Source of the DNA: Dehalococcoidia bacterium
Lineage (GTDB): Bacteria > Chloroflexota > Dehalococcoidia > Lucifugimonadales > UBA3495
Length of the DNA stretch: 64,000 nucleotides
Assembly: GCA_030740155.1 (NCBI GenBank)
Contig: JASLXV010000067.1
Coordinates: 1-64,000, forward strand
Direction of reading: 5' to 3'
Part shown: in pieces, positions 41,454-51,743 of the stretch
How positions within the stretch are numbered: position 1 is the stretch's first letter
How the letters are laid out: the number at the start of each line of letters is the position of its first letter
Position numbers and translations under genes: made by a program
The notes under the pieces: generated by a model
Database searches by the model: none
Told to the model about the DNA's origin: nothing
Seen by the model: the letters and a program-made list of their open reading frames with translations, nothing else

Positions 41454-42020
41454 ATGAGCATTAACTTCAGCGACCTGAGTCGAGGCCTGGTTATCGAGCT
41501 GGACGGTCAGCCGTGGCAGGTCATGGACTACGAGCGTCACAAGATGCAGCAGCGCGCTCCCGTTACCCGGATCAAGCTGAAGAACCTGCTCAGCGGCGCG
41601 GTGGTTGAGCGCACATTTCAAAGGTACGATACCGCGTTCACCATGGCGGATATCGACAACCGGAGCACCCAATACCTGTATACCGACGGCGAGTTCTATT
41701 ACTTCCTGGACCAGGAGACCTTCGACCAGTATGAACTCACCAAAGAACTCCTTGGCTCGACCCTCGATTACCTCTCCGAGCAGATGATTGTTGAGGTGGT
41801 CTTCTTCAAGGGAAAGGCCATCAACGTCAACCTGCCCACCCACGTGGACCTGAAAGTTAAGGAGACTCCCCCAGCCTTTAAAGGCGACACCGCCCAGGGA
41901 GGAAACAAGCCGGCGACTCTGGAGACCGGCCTGCGGATCAACGTCCCCATGTTCATCACGCCCGGCACCGTGGTCCGCGTGGACACCCGCACCGGAAACT
42001 ATACCGAGCGAGTCAGCTAG
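41454..42020 (+). CDS. efp: Elongation factor P with a non-canonical tip loop
   Basis: QYLY.DG, KGDTA, KPATLETG, VP.FI..G..VRVDTRTG.Y.ER. Confidence 0.96.
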   Translation: MSINFSDLSRGLVIELDGQPWQVMDYERHKMQQRAPVTRIKLKNLLSGAVVERTFQRYDTAFTMADIDNRSTQYLYTDGEFYYFLDQETFDQYELTKELLGSTLDYLSEQMIVEVVFFKGKAINVNLPTHVDLKVKETPPAFKGDTAQGGNKPATLETGLRINVPMFITPGTVVRVDTRTGNYTERVS

Positions 42021-42127
42021 CGCCTCCCGTTTCCGGGGACTGCCGTTAGGGTATAGTCTCGTAGATAGCTCTACACCTGCGAGAACATGCGGCGTTCCCG
42101 CCAGCGATCGTCCCCGATTGCATTGGG

Positions 42128-42216
42128 GCCGGAATCCAGAGAGAGGCTGGCTGGATCCCGGCCTTCGCCGGGATGACGGGTAGGGTATCAAACCACGAAC
42201 GAGACTGCGGACTAGC
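42128..42216. repeat. Palindromic REP-like repeat, copy 1 ('WIPAFAGMT' type)
   Basis: 29 bp CTGGATCCCGGCCTTCGCCGGGATGACGG at 42151-42179 is identical to 45275-45303; the 3' flanks are also similar. Confidence 0.85.
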
Positions 42217-42242
42217 GGTCAGTCAACCTCGTTTTGGCAGGA

Positions 42243-42315
42243 TGTCATTCAGAGGAGCGCAGCGACGAAGAATCTCAGCGTAACAACGAGATTCTTCGCT
42301 TCGCTCTGAATGACA
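42243..42315. repeat. Long palindromic REP-like hairpin ('CHSERSEES' type)
   Basis: TGTCATTCAGAG...CGAAGAATCTC pairs with GAGATTCTTCG...CTCTGAATGACA. Confidence 0.85.
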
Positions 42316-42387
42316 ACTACCAGCAATAGGTTGACTGAGTACTAGGATGGTCCGGTTGCCTTGAGCTTGTTGAAGGGCTGGTGGTTC

Positions 42388-42475
42388 GACAGGCTCACCA
42401 CGAGCGTTTAGCAGGATCGCCACGAACGTTGGACCAGCTCACCACGAACGCTGGGCAAACTCGCAGGGAACGGTA
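42388..42475. repeat. Degenerate 22-bp tandem repeat x4
   Basis: GACAGGCTCACCACGAGCGTTT / AGCAGGATCGCCACGAACGTTG / GACCAGCTCACCACGAACGCTG / GGCAAACTCGCAGGGAACGGTA. Confidence 0.75.
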
Positions 42476-42511
42476 TTGGTAAGCTGATTTTCAAAAGGAG
42501 GTACTAGCGCC

Positions 42512-43759
42512 GTGGCCGTTTATACGGTCAGCCAGGTGACCAGACACCTGAAAGACTCCCTGGAAAACGACCCGCTGCTGGCGGACCTGTGGCTCCTGGG
42601 CGAGGTGTCCAACTTCCGGTTGTCCTCCTCCGGGCATGCCTACTTCACCCTTAAAGATGATCAGAGCGTGCTGAACTGCGTCATGTTCCGGGGGCAGCCC
42701 GGCGTCGAGCTGCTCGCCAGCGGGACGTCGGTCTCCGCCCACGGCCGGATCACCTTCTACACCCGGCGTGGTTCCACCGACTTCATGGTGGACCTGGCCA
42801 TGCCTGAAGGGGTGGGCGAGCTGGCTCTGGAGCTGGAACAGCTCCGGCAGCGACTGGACGCTGAAGGGCTTTTCGAGATTACCCGCAAGCGGCCCTTGCC
42901 CCAGTTTCCCCAAGTTGTGGGCGTGGTGACTTCTCCCACCGGCGCCGTCTTCCACGATATTCAGAACGTCATCCGCCGGCGCTATCCCCTGGTGGAGCTG
43001 GTGCTGTCGCCGACCCCGGTTCAAGGCGCCGGCGCCGCCGCCAGCATCGCGTCGGCCCTGGAGAACCTGGACCGGGATGGACGGACCGACGTCATCATCA
43101 TCGCCCGGGGCGGCGGCTCCTTGGAGGAGCTGTGGCCGTTCAACGAAGAGGTGGTGGCCCGGGCAATATACGCCTGCCGGAGCCCGGTGGTCTGCGGTGT
43201 GGGCCACGAAACAGACACTACCATCGCCGACCAGGTGGCCGACGTGAGGGCGCCCACCCCTTCTGCTGCGGCGGAGCTGGTGGTGCCCCACCAGGACGTG
43301 TTGCGCCGGCAGCTGGCCGCGCTGGCGGAGCAATCCCTCCGGGCGATGGCCCTGGCCTTTGGCGAGAGGAGGACCGCGGTGGCCGGCCTGGTGCGTCGCA
43401 TGGACGGAGGCTTGCCCAACTTGGAAACCTGGCGGCGCAGAGTCGATGACCTGGCCCGGGGCGCAGACGTCGCGCTGGTCAACCGGGTGGGCCTGACCAG
43501 GTCCCGGGTAGAAGGCCTGGGACATCGGTTGCGGGCCCTGGACCCAGCCGCCACGTTGAAGCGGGGTTTTTCCGTGGTTCAGAACGCCTCTTCCGGCCAG
43601 GTGGTCTCCAGTACCGCCCAGGTTGCCACCGGCGACGCCTTGACCATCACGGTAAGCGATGGCTTCATTCCCGCGACGGCGGGATCCGGCGCCAGGACCA
43701 AGGCGGTCCGGAAGCCACGGGCCACCGCCAAAGGCCACGGGATGGAGCGCCTGCTGTAG
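42512..43759 (+). CDS. xseA: Exodeoxyribonuclease VII large subunit
   Basis: GEVSNF...SSGH.YFTLKD, TSPTGAV..DI, ARGGGSLEELW.FN.E, GHETD.T, APTPSAAAE. Confidence 0.97.
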   Translation: MAVYTVSQVTRHLKDSLENDPLLADLWLLGEVSNFRLSSSGHAYFTLKDDQSVLNCVMFRGQPGVELLASGTSVSAHGRITFYTRRGSTDFMVDLAMPEGVGELALELEQLRQRLDAEGLFEITRKRPLPQFPQVVGVVTSPTGAVFHDIQNVIRRRYPLVELVLSPTPVQGAGAAASIASALENLDRDGRTDVIIIARGGGSLEELWPFNEEVVARAIYACRSPVVCGVGHETDTTIADQVADVRAPTPSAAAELVVPHQDVLRRQLAALAEQSLRAMALAFGERRTAVAGLVRRMDGGLPNLETWRRRVDDLARGADVALVNRVGLTRSRVEGLGHRLRALDPAATLKRGFSVVQNASSGQVVSSTAQVATGDALTITVSDGFIPATAGSGARTKAVRKPRATAKGHGMERLL

Positions 43760-43925
43760 GCCCGGACACCTTGCTCCGCTCCTCCTTCTCGGTCCCGGCG
43801 GGAATAACCCGTGAGCCTGCCCGGCCCGCGGCCGACTCGGCGGCCGGGTGAGGACGCCCTACCCAAGCCGGCGTTCATCATGCATAATTGCCCTGAGTTC
43901 CATTCTATTCACACGAGGACCAACG

Positions 43926-44231
43926 ATGGCCGGAAAGCAAAAACCGGAATCGGACCAGAATCCCGACATCCTTTCCTTTGAGGAGTCCTTTCGACGCCTG
44001 GGGGAGATGGCCGAGTCCCTCGAGACCGGCGGGTTGACCCTGGCCGAGGCCACCGAGCGCTACGAGCAAGGCATGACCCTGGTCCGGCGGTGCAACCAAC
44101 TGCTGGACGAGACGGAACTGAGAATTACGAACCTGAAAGACGCCTACCAAACACCTCCGGCCGGGAGAGAGTGGGACCAGGACCAAGACGAGGACCAGGA
44201 CCAGGACCAAGACCAAGACGAGGAGGCATAG
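43926..44231 (+). CDS. xseB: Exodeoxyribonuclease VII small subunit with an acidic DQ-repeat tail
   Basis: SFEE...RL....LE.G.LTL.E....YE.GM.L...C...L....L.I; hexamer repeat at 44175-44222. Confidence 0.93.
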   Translation: MAGKQKPESDQNPDILSFEESFRRLGEMAESLETGGLTLAEATERYEQGMTLVRRCNQLLDETELRITNLKDAYQTPPAGREWDQDQDEDQDQDQDQDEEA

Positions 44232-44310
44232 ACTTGCCTCCCGCCGTGACCCCAACCGGCTCCAGCCCTGCTCCGGAGTATTCCGGGCCGCGCCGGGTGC
44301 GGGCCTGATC

Positions 44311-45141
44311 GTGGTCAACATCGGTTGGTTTTCCACCGGCAACGGGGAAGGCTCCAGGGGTTTGCTTCGGTTCGTGCAGGAGCGGATCGCCCGCGGGCTG
44401 TTGGACGCCCGGATAGAGTTCGTTTTCAGCAACCGGGACCCCGGCGAGGCCGAGGGCTCGGACCTGTTTTTCGACTTGGTGACGGGCTACGGGTTGCCCT
44501 TGGTGACCTTCTCCTCCACCAGGTTCCGGCGAGCCAGGGGGCGGCCCTTCTCCGGCCTCCGGGAGGAGTACGACCGGCAGGTCATGGACCTGCTGTCGAG
44601 TTTTCACCCGGACATTTGCGTCCTGGCGGGTTACATGCTCATCGCCAGCGGCGCCATGTGCCGGTCCTATCCCCTCCTGAATCTGCATCCCGCGTTACCA
44701 GACGGTCCCATCGGCACCTGGCAGGAAGTCATCTGGGAGTTGGTGCAGTCCAGGGCAGAACGCACCGGCGCCATGATTCACCTGGCCACCGAAGATGTGG
44801 ACCGAGGGCCGGTGGTGTCCAACTGTACGGTGCCCATTACCGGGCCCTCCTTCGCACCACTTTGGGAGCAGTTGGGCCGGCAGGAGTTGGGCCAACCGCA
44901 AACCGGGCAAGGGGAGGAATCCCCGCTGTTCCACCTTATCCGGCAGGCCGGATACCAGAGGGAGCCCTATTTGCTCTTCGAGACCCTCCGGGCGGTGGCG
45001 GAAGGGCAGGTTACTCTGAAGGAAGGCCAGGTCCTGGACCGGGACGGGAAACCCCTGTCACATACCGCCCCCAAGGGCCTGTCCTTGGACCGGGAGATCG
45101 AGGGGGCGATGGCTCGGGACGGCTTGCAGCCCATCCGGTGA
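44311..45141 (+). CDS. purN: Phosphoribosylglycinamide formyltransferase-like protein
   Basis: FVFSNR, VLAGYM, LNLHPALP, TGAMIH.ATEDVDRGP. Confidence 0.75.
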   Translation: MVNIGWFSTGNGEGSRGLLRFVQERIARGLLDARIEFVFSNRDPGEAEGSDLFFDLVTGYGLPLVTFSSTRFRRARGRPFSGLREEYDRQVMDLLSSFHPDICVLAGYMLIASGAMCRSYPLLNLHPALPDGPIGTWQEVIWELVQSRAERTGAMIHLATEDVDRGPVVSNCTVPITGPSFAPLWEQLGRQELGQPQTGQGEESPLFHLIRQAGYQREPYLLFETLRAVAEGQVTLKEGQVLDRDGKPLSHTAPKGLSLDREIEGAMARDGLQPIR

Positions 45142-45234
45142 GCGCCGCATCCGAGGGAAAAGGGGGCCGGCCCGCTCCGCGACCCCAAACAATCTCGGGT
45201 GGTTGGGCCGGGATGTGAAAAACCCTCCCCAAAA

Positions 45235-45338
45235 CCGTCTTTCCGGCGAAGGCCGGAATCCAGAAAAGCGTCAACTGGATCCCGGCCTTCGCCGGGATGA
45301 CGGACCGGGTATTCGACCGATTACGAGATTCTGGACCA
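45235..45338. repeat. Palindromic REP-like repeat, copy 2 (complete hairpin pair) between converging purN and clpX
   Basis: CCGTCTTTCCGGCGAAGGCCGGAATCCAG pairs with CTGGATCCCGGCCTTCGCCGGGATGACGG. Confidence 0.85.
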
Positions 45339-45463
45339 GAGCAAGGGTCGACCGGGGAGATGGGGCCGAAGAAGGTGTGGCACTATAGCTGGGACGGGGG
45401 CCACCTGGGCTGCGGTTGTGGTCGGGGCCGGTTGAGTTTCGGGGGGCTATCGGTGGAAGGGGG

Positions 45464-46762
45464 CTACGCCGATTTTTCCAGAGAGTCCAGGGTGAGACTC
45501 AGGGTCTCACCGGATTCGGTAAAGAGCTTGGGAGCGCCGGTTCCTTCGATGGCATCGCGGTCCACCACGCACCGTACCACTTCCTCCAAAGAGGGAAGCT
45601 CGTACATCACGTCCAGCAGGGCCTCTTCGATCACGTAGCGCAAACAACGGGCTCCCGTCTGGTGTTCCAGAGCGCGCTCCGCCGCTGCGTCCAAGGCTTC
45701 GGGGGCGAACTCCAAATCTACCCCGTCGATGCCGAACAATTGTTGGTACTGCTTGACGATGGCGTTCTTGGGCTCGGTCAACACGCGGACCAATGCTTCC
45801 TTGTCCAGGGGTTCCAAGGCCGCCGCCACCGGCAACCGGCCCACCATCTCGGGGATAAAGCCGAAATCCAGCAGGTCTTCCGGGATTACGTGGCTGAGGT
45901 AACTTTGCTCCGTCTCCGGCTCCGCCTTGTTTCTGCCCCCGGCCAGAAAACCCAGCCGCGACTCGCCGGTCGACAATCGCCGGGCGACTACTTCTTCCAA
46001 GCCGTCGAAGGCCCCGCCGCAGATGAACAGGATGTTCCGAGTGTTGATTTGCAGGAACTCCTGGTGGGGGTGCTTGCGGCCCCCCTGTGGTGGAACGTTG
46101 GCGACGCAGCCCTCGATGATCTTCAGCAGCTCTTGCTGAACGCCTTCACCGGAAACGTCCCGGGTTATGGACCGGTTCACACCCTCTTTGCGGGCTATTT
46201 TGTCCAGTTCGTCGATGTAGATGATGCCGTGCTCCGCCCGGGAGACATCCCATTCGGCTGCTTGAATCAGCCGCAGCAGGATGTTCTCCACGTCCTCTCC
46301 CACATAGCCTGATTCGGTGAGAGAGGTGGCGTCGCAGACGGCGAAGGGCACCTCCAGGGTGCGGGCCAAGGTTTCCGCGAGCAGGGTCTTTCCACAACCG
46401 GTTGGTCCGATAAGCAGAATATTTGTCTTCTGCAGCTCAACATCGGACTTTCTGGTGCCGTTCCAGATTCTCTTGAAGTGGTTGTAGACGGCCACGCTGA
46501 GAATCTTCTTGGCCTTCTCCTGGGCGACCACATATTCTTCGAGACTGGCGTAGATCTCCCGGGGCACCAGTGGACCCTTGCGGTCATGGCGTTGGGCCCG
46601 CTTCGGCGGCTCTTGCTCAATGAGCTGCCCTAGGACGCGGATGCAATCGTAGCAGACCGTGGCACGGCCTTTTCCGGCGATAACGAGGTTGGCCCGAGAC
46701 TGGCCTTTCTCGCAGAAGGAACACTGGGACAACCTGGGCCCATTTCTGGTGCTAGAAACCAA
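45464..46762 (-). CDS. clpX: ATP-dependent Clp protease ATPase subunit
   Basis: CSFC zinc finger, [38 protein letters not shown] loop. Confidence 0.98.
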   Translation of the reverse strand: MVSSTRNGPRLSQCSFCEKGQSRANLVIAGKGRATVCYDCIRVLGQLIEQEPPKRAQRHDRKGPLVPREIYASLEEYVVAQEKAKKILSVAVYNHFKRIWNGTRKSDVELQKTNILLIGPTGCGKTLLAETLARTLEVPFAVCDATSLTESGYVGEDVENILLRLIQAAEWDVSRAEHGIIYIDELDKIARKEGVNRSITRDVSGEGVQQELLKIIEGCVANVPPQGGRKHPHQEFLQINTRNILFICGGAFDGLEEVVARRLSTGESRLGFLAGGRNKAEPETEQSYLSHVIPEDLLDFGFIPEMVGRLPVAAALEPLDKEALVRVLTEPKNAIVKQYQQLFGIDGVDLEFAPEALDAAAERALEHQTGARCLRYVIEEALLDVMYELPSLEEVVRCVVDRDAIEGTGAPKLFTESGETLSLTLDSLEKSA

Positions 46763-46809
46763 TCGACCCTCTCACTCCATCGACTAGGCGGGTGGCCTCA
46801 GGAACCGTT

Positions 46810-47466
46810 TTATTCCTTTTCTTTTTCTTTCTCTTCTTCTTCGTTCTTCGCCGAGCCCAGGATTTCATCAACCAGGGAGTATTCCACTCCCTGCTCCGCG
46901 GTCAGGTAAAAGTCACGGTCGGTGTCCCGGGCGATCTTGTCGTAGGTCTGGCCCGTGTTCTCGGCCAGTATGCTGCGGATCTTGTCCTGCAACCGTATGA
47001 TCTCCCTGGCGGCGATCTCGATGTCGGTGGCCTGGCCCTGGGCGCCCCCCATGGGTTGGTGCATGTGGATGGTGGAGTTGGGCAAGGCGTACCGCTTACC
47101 CTTGCTCCCGCCGGAAAGAAGCACGGTGGCCATGCTGGCGGTCATCCCCAGGCAGATGGTGGACACCTCGGGATTGATCAATCGCATGGTGTCGTATATC
47201 GCCAGGCCGGAGCTGATGACGCCGCCCGGGCTGTTGATATAAAGGTTGATCCCCTTGTCCGGGTCCTCCCGTTCCAGGTAGAGAAGCTGGGCGATGATGG
47301 TGTTGGCCACGTGGTCGTTGATCGGAGTACCCAGGAATATAATCCGCTCCTTGAGCAACAGGGAGTAGATGTCGAAAGCCCGCTCTCCGCGAGGGCTGGT
47401 CTCGATGACCATGGGAATAATATTCTGGGGGACGTAAAACGACGAATCGTAAGGGTTATTCTGCAT
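46810..47466 (-). CDS. clpP: Clp protease proteolytic subunit
   Basis: [33 protein letters not shown]. Confidence 0.98.
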   Translation of the reverse strand: MQNNPYDSSFYVPQNIIPMVIETSPRGERAFDIYSLLLKERIIFLGTPINDHVANTIIAQLLYLEREDPDKGINLYINSPGGVISSGLAIYDTMRLINPEVSTICLGMTASMATVLLSGGSKGKRYALPNSTIHMHQPMGGAQGQATDIEIAAREIIRLQDKIRSILAENTGQTYDKIARDTDRDFYLTAEQGVEYSLVDEILGSAKNEEEEKEKEKE

Positions 47467-48844
47467 CAGGATTCGTTCCTTCCTCGTGTTCTTCGGGATC
47501 TTCAGTCTTCGCGTTGGTGGGTTCTTCCGGCTCTGGAGTGGTCTCACCGACTACCGGCTCCGCGCCCTGCCCCTCGACGATTTGCACCAGGCGCTGGATT
47601 ACCTTGCGGTTGAATACCATCGAGCGAATCGAGTCCTTGGCGCTGTCTGATGAGAGGGCTTGGCGAGTCGCTTCCTCGGAACCCGCCGACTCGGTCAGCA
47701 TGGACTCGATTTCTGCCTGGATGTCCTCCGAGGAGACTTCGATGCCCTCTTCTTTGGCCAGCTTCCGTAGCACCAGGTAGGAGTTCAGCCGCTGTTCAGC
47801 CTGGGGCTTGAGTTGCTCTCTCCATTCCTCTTCCGTTTTTCCAATGTAACTCAGATAAGTGTCCATGTCTATGCGCTGATTGCGCATAGACCGCTCCCGC
47901 TCCTCGTACATCCCATTCAGTTCCCGCTCGTAAATCAGGGCGGATGCTTGGATCTCGGCGAGCTTGAGCAGTTCCTCCAGGCTGTCGTGCTCCAGTTGGC
48001 GCAACGACGTCTTTTCTGCGGTCGTGGTCAGTTGGCCGCGCACGAACGCGGTCAAGGCCTCGACGCTCTCGTACCCGTCCCGGACCCCTTTGGCGAACTC
48101 GTCGTCCAACTCGGGCAGAGTTTTCACTTTGACGGCCAACACCCGCACCTGCAGATGGCACTCCTTGCCCGCGTAGTCGCCCTGGTGATGGTCCTCGGGG
48201 ATCGTCAGAGTAAACTCTTTCTCTTGCCCTTCGGACATTCCTTCTAGGTAGACGGAGAACCCGGGCATGGGAAGCGGGTTTTCGAGTTGGGGGATAAAAT
48301 CGACGCCCTGGTCGTTGATAACGCTTTCCCCGGCGATGGTGCCGAGAATGTCCAGGCTGACCAGGTCCCCGAATTTCACCGCGCGGCCAGCGGGCTCCCA
48401 AGGGGCAGCCTCCTGCCGCAACTGCTCGATGACCTCGTCCACCTGACCATCGGTTACCTCAACCGCCTGGCGTTCCAGCCGGAGGGCCAGGTACTCCCCC
48501 AGGTCGACAAGCGGCTCCAGGGGTACTACCGCTTTAAAGGAAACCGGCTCAGTTTCCAGGATCTCCAACTGGGGCTCCGAGAACGCCTCGAGATTCTCAT
48601 TCTTGAGGACCTGGTCCAGGGTCTCAGGCACCATGAAATCCAGGGCCTCTTGGATCAAGACAGCCCGGCCGACGTGACTTTCTACGATAGACCTGGGCGC
48701 TTTTCCGGGGCGGAACCCCGGTATCCTCACCTGCTTCACCACTTGGCGGTAGGAGCGAGAAATAAAGGGTTCTTCGTCCTCTGGCTCCATTGCGATACTT
48801 AGGGTGACTTCAGTGGGCCCAACCGACTCCGTGGTGATATTCAC
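47456..48844 (-). CDS. tig: Trigger factor
   Basis: [14 protein letters not shown] domain, LPELDDEFA; tig-clpP-clpX synteny. Confidence 0.97.
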   Translation of the reverse strand: MNITTESVGPTEVTLSIAMEPEDEEPFISRSYRQVVKQVRIPGFRPGKAPRSIVESHVGRAVLIQEALDFMVPETLDQVLKNENLEAFSEPQLEILETEPVSFKAVVPLEPLVDLGEYLALRLERQAVEVTDGQVDEVIEQLRQEAAPWEPAGRAVKFGDLVSLDILGTIAGESVINDQGVDFIPQLENPLPMPGFSVYLEGMSEGQEKEFTLTIPEDHHQGDYAGKECHLQVRVLAVKVKTLPELDDEFAKGVRDGYESVEALTAFVRGQLTTTAEKTSLRQLEHDSLEELLKLAEIQASALIYERELNGMYEERERSMRNQRIDMDTYLSYIGKTEEEWREQLKPQAEQRLNSYLVLRKLAKEEGIEVSSEDIQAEIESMLTESAGSEEATRQALSSDSAKDSIRSMVFNRKVIQRLVQIVEGQGAEPVVGETTPEPEEPTNAKTEDPEEHEEGTNPDAE

Positions 48845-49083
48845 AGGCAGCGCTCTCCGTGTTTCCGATGCAGCTTTGGGAAGGCCCGAAAGGTGGCCAG
48901 GGAAGCCGGTGGGCCAGGTTCAAGTATAGCATAGTCCGTAATGGTTGAAAATTACTATGAACCCTCCCGTGGACCAGCGAAAAACGTGCCGGGCAGTGGG
49001 CCTGCGGTAGTGGTCAATGTTTAAGAAAAGGGCTAAATTTGGTCAATTGCCCGAAATACGTTTAAAAATGGTCTTAAAAAACG

Positions 49084-49147
49084 TTGACAATGCAGTACGA
49101 GGGTTGGTAGTTTTGGGCCGATGGGGAGAAATAGGGGCTGCGGTGGA
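49084..49147 (+). promoter_or_regulatory. Division-cluster promoter with degenerate 10-bp-periodic MraZ-box-like repeats
   Basis: TTGACA-18 nt-TAGTTT; pentamers TTGGG/GGGGA/AGGGG/GTGGA at 49113/49123/49133/49143. Confidence 0.45.
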
Positions 49148-49465
49148 TGATCCCCTCTGTTCCACTCTACTAAAGCCGAGCGGGCTCCAATTTCCGGAGC
49201 ACCCTCCGGCCCTCTGAGGCTACCCGCCAGCCTGCGGGATAGCCAATCGATCCAGGCTAACGGCCCATGCGGTTAAGACCGCCTCTTTTACGTCGAGAGT
49301 ATTTGCGTTAACGATTGTTCCCCGTCCGTGGGACCGATCGTTGCGCCGAGGCAGTGAACCCGCATCGACCGGATTGACGAAGACACTTTGTTTCATGAGG
49401 AAACAGTGACTCTATCGACGCCAATACTGGACCGAGAAACCGCGAGTTTGCAGTGGGAGTTGGCT

Positions 49466-50422
49466 ATGGCCAAGATCGACTCGGACTCGGGCAACGACGG
49501 CCCCACGTATCACCGGCCGGTCCTGTTGGCGGAGTCGGTTGAGCGCTTGGCAGTCCGGCCGGACGGCGTTTACCTGGATGGCACGTTGGGTGAAGGCGGC
49601 CATGCCGAGGCGATCCTCGATGCCTCGGCGCCTTCAGGCACGGTGTTAGGAATCGACCTGGACCCGCGGTCATTGGTCCGGGCTAACGAGCGGCTCGAAG
49701 GCTACGGCCGGCGAATGATCTCCGTCCAGGGGAACTATGCCGACATGGTGGACCTGGTTCAGCCGAAAGGGATTACCCAAGTCGACGGGGTGTTGTTGGA
49801 CCTTGGGTTCTCTTCGCGTCAGGTCCGGGAGCCCGGGTATGGGTTCAGCTTCCGGACCGACGAGCCTCTGGACATGCGCTACGATCCGGCCGGGCCGTGG
49901 ACGGCGGAGCGCATCGTCAACACCTACGCTGAGAAGGACCTGGCGTGGCTCATTTTCCACTACGGAGAAGAGCCCAGGTCCAGGGCGATCGCCCGGGACA
50001 TCGTCCGAGGCCGGCCCGTTGAATCTACCGCGCACCTGGCCGGCCTGGTGGCCCGTACCGTGGGTCAACGGCGGGGGCGCCGGGTTCATCCGGCCACCCG
50101 CACCTTTCAGGCGCTACGAATCGCCGTGAACGGAGAGTTGGACAATCTGGAGGCCGGCTTGATGGCCGCCGTCCAACTGCTGGCCCCGGCGGGGGTGTTG
50201 GTGGTGATCAGCTATCACAGCCTCGAAGACCGGGCGGTCAAGAAATTTCTGGCCCGGGAATCCGCCGGCTGCATTTGCCCACCGGAGTTACCCGTCTGCG
50301 CTTGCGGTCGCCAACCGGATTTGCGAATCGTCAACCGGAAGGTTATCCGTCCGTCCTTCGCGGAGGTGCAGTCGAACCCTCGCAGCCGGAGCGCGAAGAT
50401 GCGGGTGGCCCAACGGATTTAG
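49466..50422 (+). CDS. rsmH: 16S rRNA m4C1402 methyltransferase (start could be 49388)
   Basis: HRPVLL.E, DGTLGEGGH, DLG.SS.Q, PLDMR, HPATRTFQALRI.VN, SYHSLEDR, NPRSRSAK. Confidence 0.97.
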   Translation: MAKIDSDSGNDGPTYHRPVLLAESVERLAVRPDGVYLDGTLGEGGHAEAILDASAPSGTVLGIDLDPRSLVRANERLEGYGRRMISVQGNYADMVDLVQPKGITQVDGVLLDLGFSSRQVREPGYGFSFRTDEPLDMRYDPAGPWTAERIVNTYAEKDLAWLIFHYGEEPRSRAIARDIVRGRPVESTAHLAGLVARTVGQRRGRRVHPATRTFQALRIAVNGELDNLEAGLMAAVQLLAPAGVLVVISYHSLEDRAVKKFLARESAGCICPPELPVCACGRQPDLRIVNRKVIRPSFAEVQSNPRSRSAKMRVAQRI

Positions 50423-50483
50423 GGGCTCCCCCGGTCTCCTTTAGATAAGGGAGAAATAAGGCTGATGAAAGGATGGTGGCAAC

Positions 50484-51743
50484 TTGGCTAGGGACACTTT
50501 TTACACAGCCGTTGACATGGGCACCAACAAAGTTGCGTCCATCGTGGCCCGCGTGGGCACCGAGGGCGAGCTAAAAATCTTGGGCACCGGCATCGTGCCA
50601 TCCCAAGGGATGCACAAGGGCCGCATCGAGAGTATCGAGGAGGCCCAGGTGGCGGTGCGCTCTTCCCTGGAGGAAGCCCAGCGGTACATCGGCCATGGGG
50701 TGGTGGCTGGGGTCTATGTGGGCGTCAGTGGAACCCACATAACATGTCTGAATACTAAGGAAACGGTGGACCACCTGGCCGATGTCGACGACATCAGCAC
50801 CCAGCTATTGGACAAACTGATCCAGTCCTCTTTCCCCCAGGTGACTCGCACTCAAGAGGTCGTGCACATAATCCCCATTGGTTACGACGTGGATGGGATG
50901 TCGGGGGTGCGTAACCCGGTGGGGCTTCACGGAAGACAAGTCCAGGTAGAGGCTCACGTGGTGCTTGGAGATGCGGCGACATTGAAGAACACCGTGAAGG
51001 CGGTGGAGGCCAGCCGGATCTCCGTCAAGAGCCTGGTGCTCCAGTCCCTGGCCTCAGCCGAGGCCACCCTCACCGGAGACGAGCGGGAGATGGGAACGGT
51101 GTTGGCGGATATTGGGGGCGGGACCACCGACGTGATTATCTACCGCCAGGGAAACCCCTGGTATTCGGCGATCATCCCGGTGGGTGGCGACCATCTCACC
51201 CGGGACCTGTCGGTGGCGATGCGCACTCCGTTCTATGTGGCAGAGGAAATGAAGCTCAAGTGGGGCCACGCCATGCCGGAGATGGTGAAGGTGGATGATG
51301 AGGTGGTGATCCCGAGCTTCGAAGGCCAGCCTCGGCGCATTGTCCAACGGCGGGAACTCAGTGAGCCCCTGGAAGCCCGCATCGTGGAGTTGCTGAAGCA
51401 GATCCTCCTCAAAATGCGGCAGGCTGGGCTGCGGCAGTTCCCGGCGGGGGGGTTGGTCCTCACCGGCGGGTGTGCCGAATTGCCTGGCTTCCGGGAGTTG
51501 GCCCAGAAAACCCTTGGCGGTCCGGTGCGAATCGGGTATCCCCGCGGCATCGCCGGGCTACCCACTCAGCTGCAGAAGCCGGCCTACTCCGCCGGCGTTG
51601 GGTTGCTCCTTTGGGGAATAAAGCACCAGGGTGAGAAACGCCCGTACCGAAATGGAGAGCGGACCCTTTGGGGGAACAAGCCCTTGATGCGTTGGTTCAA
51701 GCGGGGCTCTAAGAACAAAAAGGCCAAGGTCGAAGTTGGGTAG
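50484..51743 (+). CDS. ftsA: Cell division protein FtsA
   Basis: AVDMGTNKV, S.GM.KG.I, NPVGL.G, DIGGGTTD, VGG.HLT.DL, VLTGG. Confidence 0.95.
   Translation: MARDTFYTAVDMGTNKVASIVARVGTEGELKILGTGIVPSQGMHKGRIESIEEAQVAVRSSLEEAQRYIGHGVVAGVYVGVSGTHITCLNTKETVDHLADVDDISTQLLDKLIQSSFPQVTRTQEVVHIIPIGYDVDGMSGVRNPVGLHGRQVQVEAHVVLGDAATLKNTVKAVEASRISVKSLVLQSLASAEATLTGDEREMGTVLADIGGGTTDVIIYRQGNPWYSAIIPVGGDHLTRDLSVAMRTPFYVAEEMKLKWGHAMPEMVKVDDEVVIPSFEGQPRRIVQRRELSEPLEARIVELLKQILLKMRQAGLRQFPAGGLVLTGGCAELPGFRELAQKTLGGPVRIGYPRGIAGLPTQLQKPAYSAGVGLLLWGIKHQGEKRPYRNGERTLWGNKPLMRWFKRGSKNKKAKVEVG

Noticed and set aside
42388..42475. Regular repeats as a possible CRISPR array
   Set aside because: The units are contiguous and degenerate, with no spacers and no cas genes.
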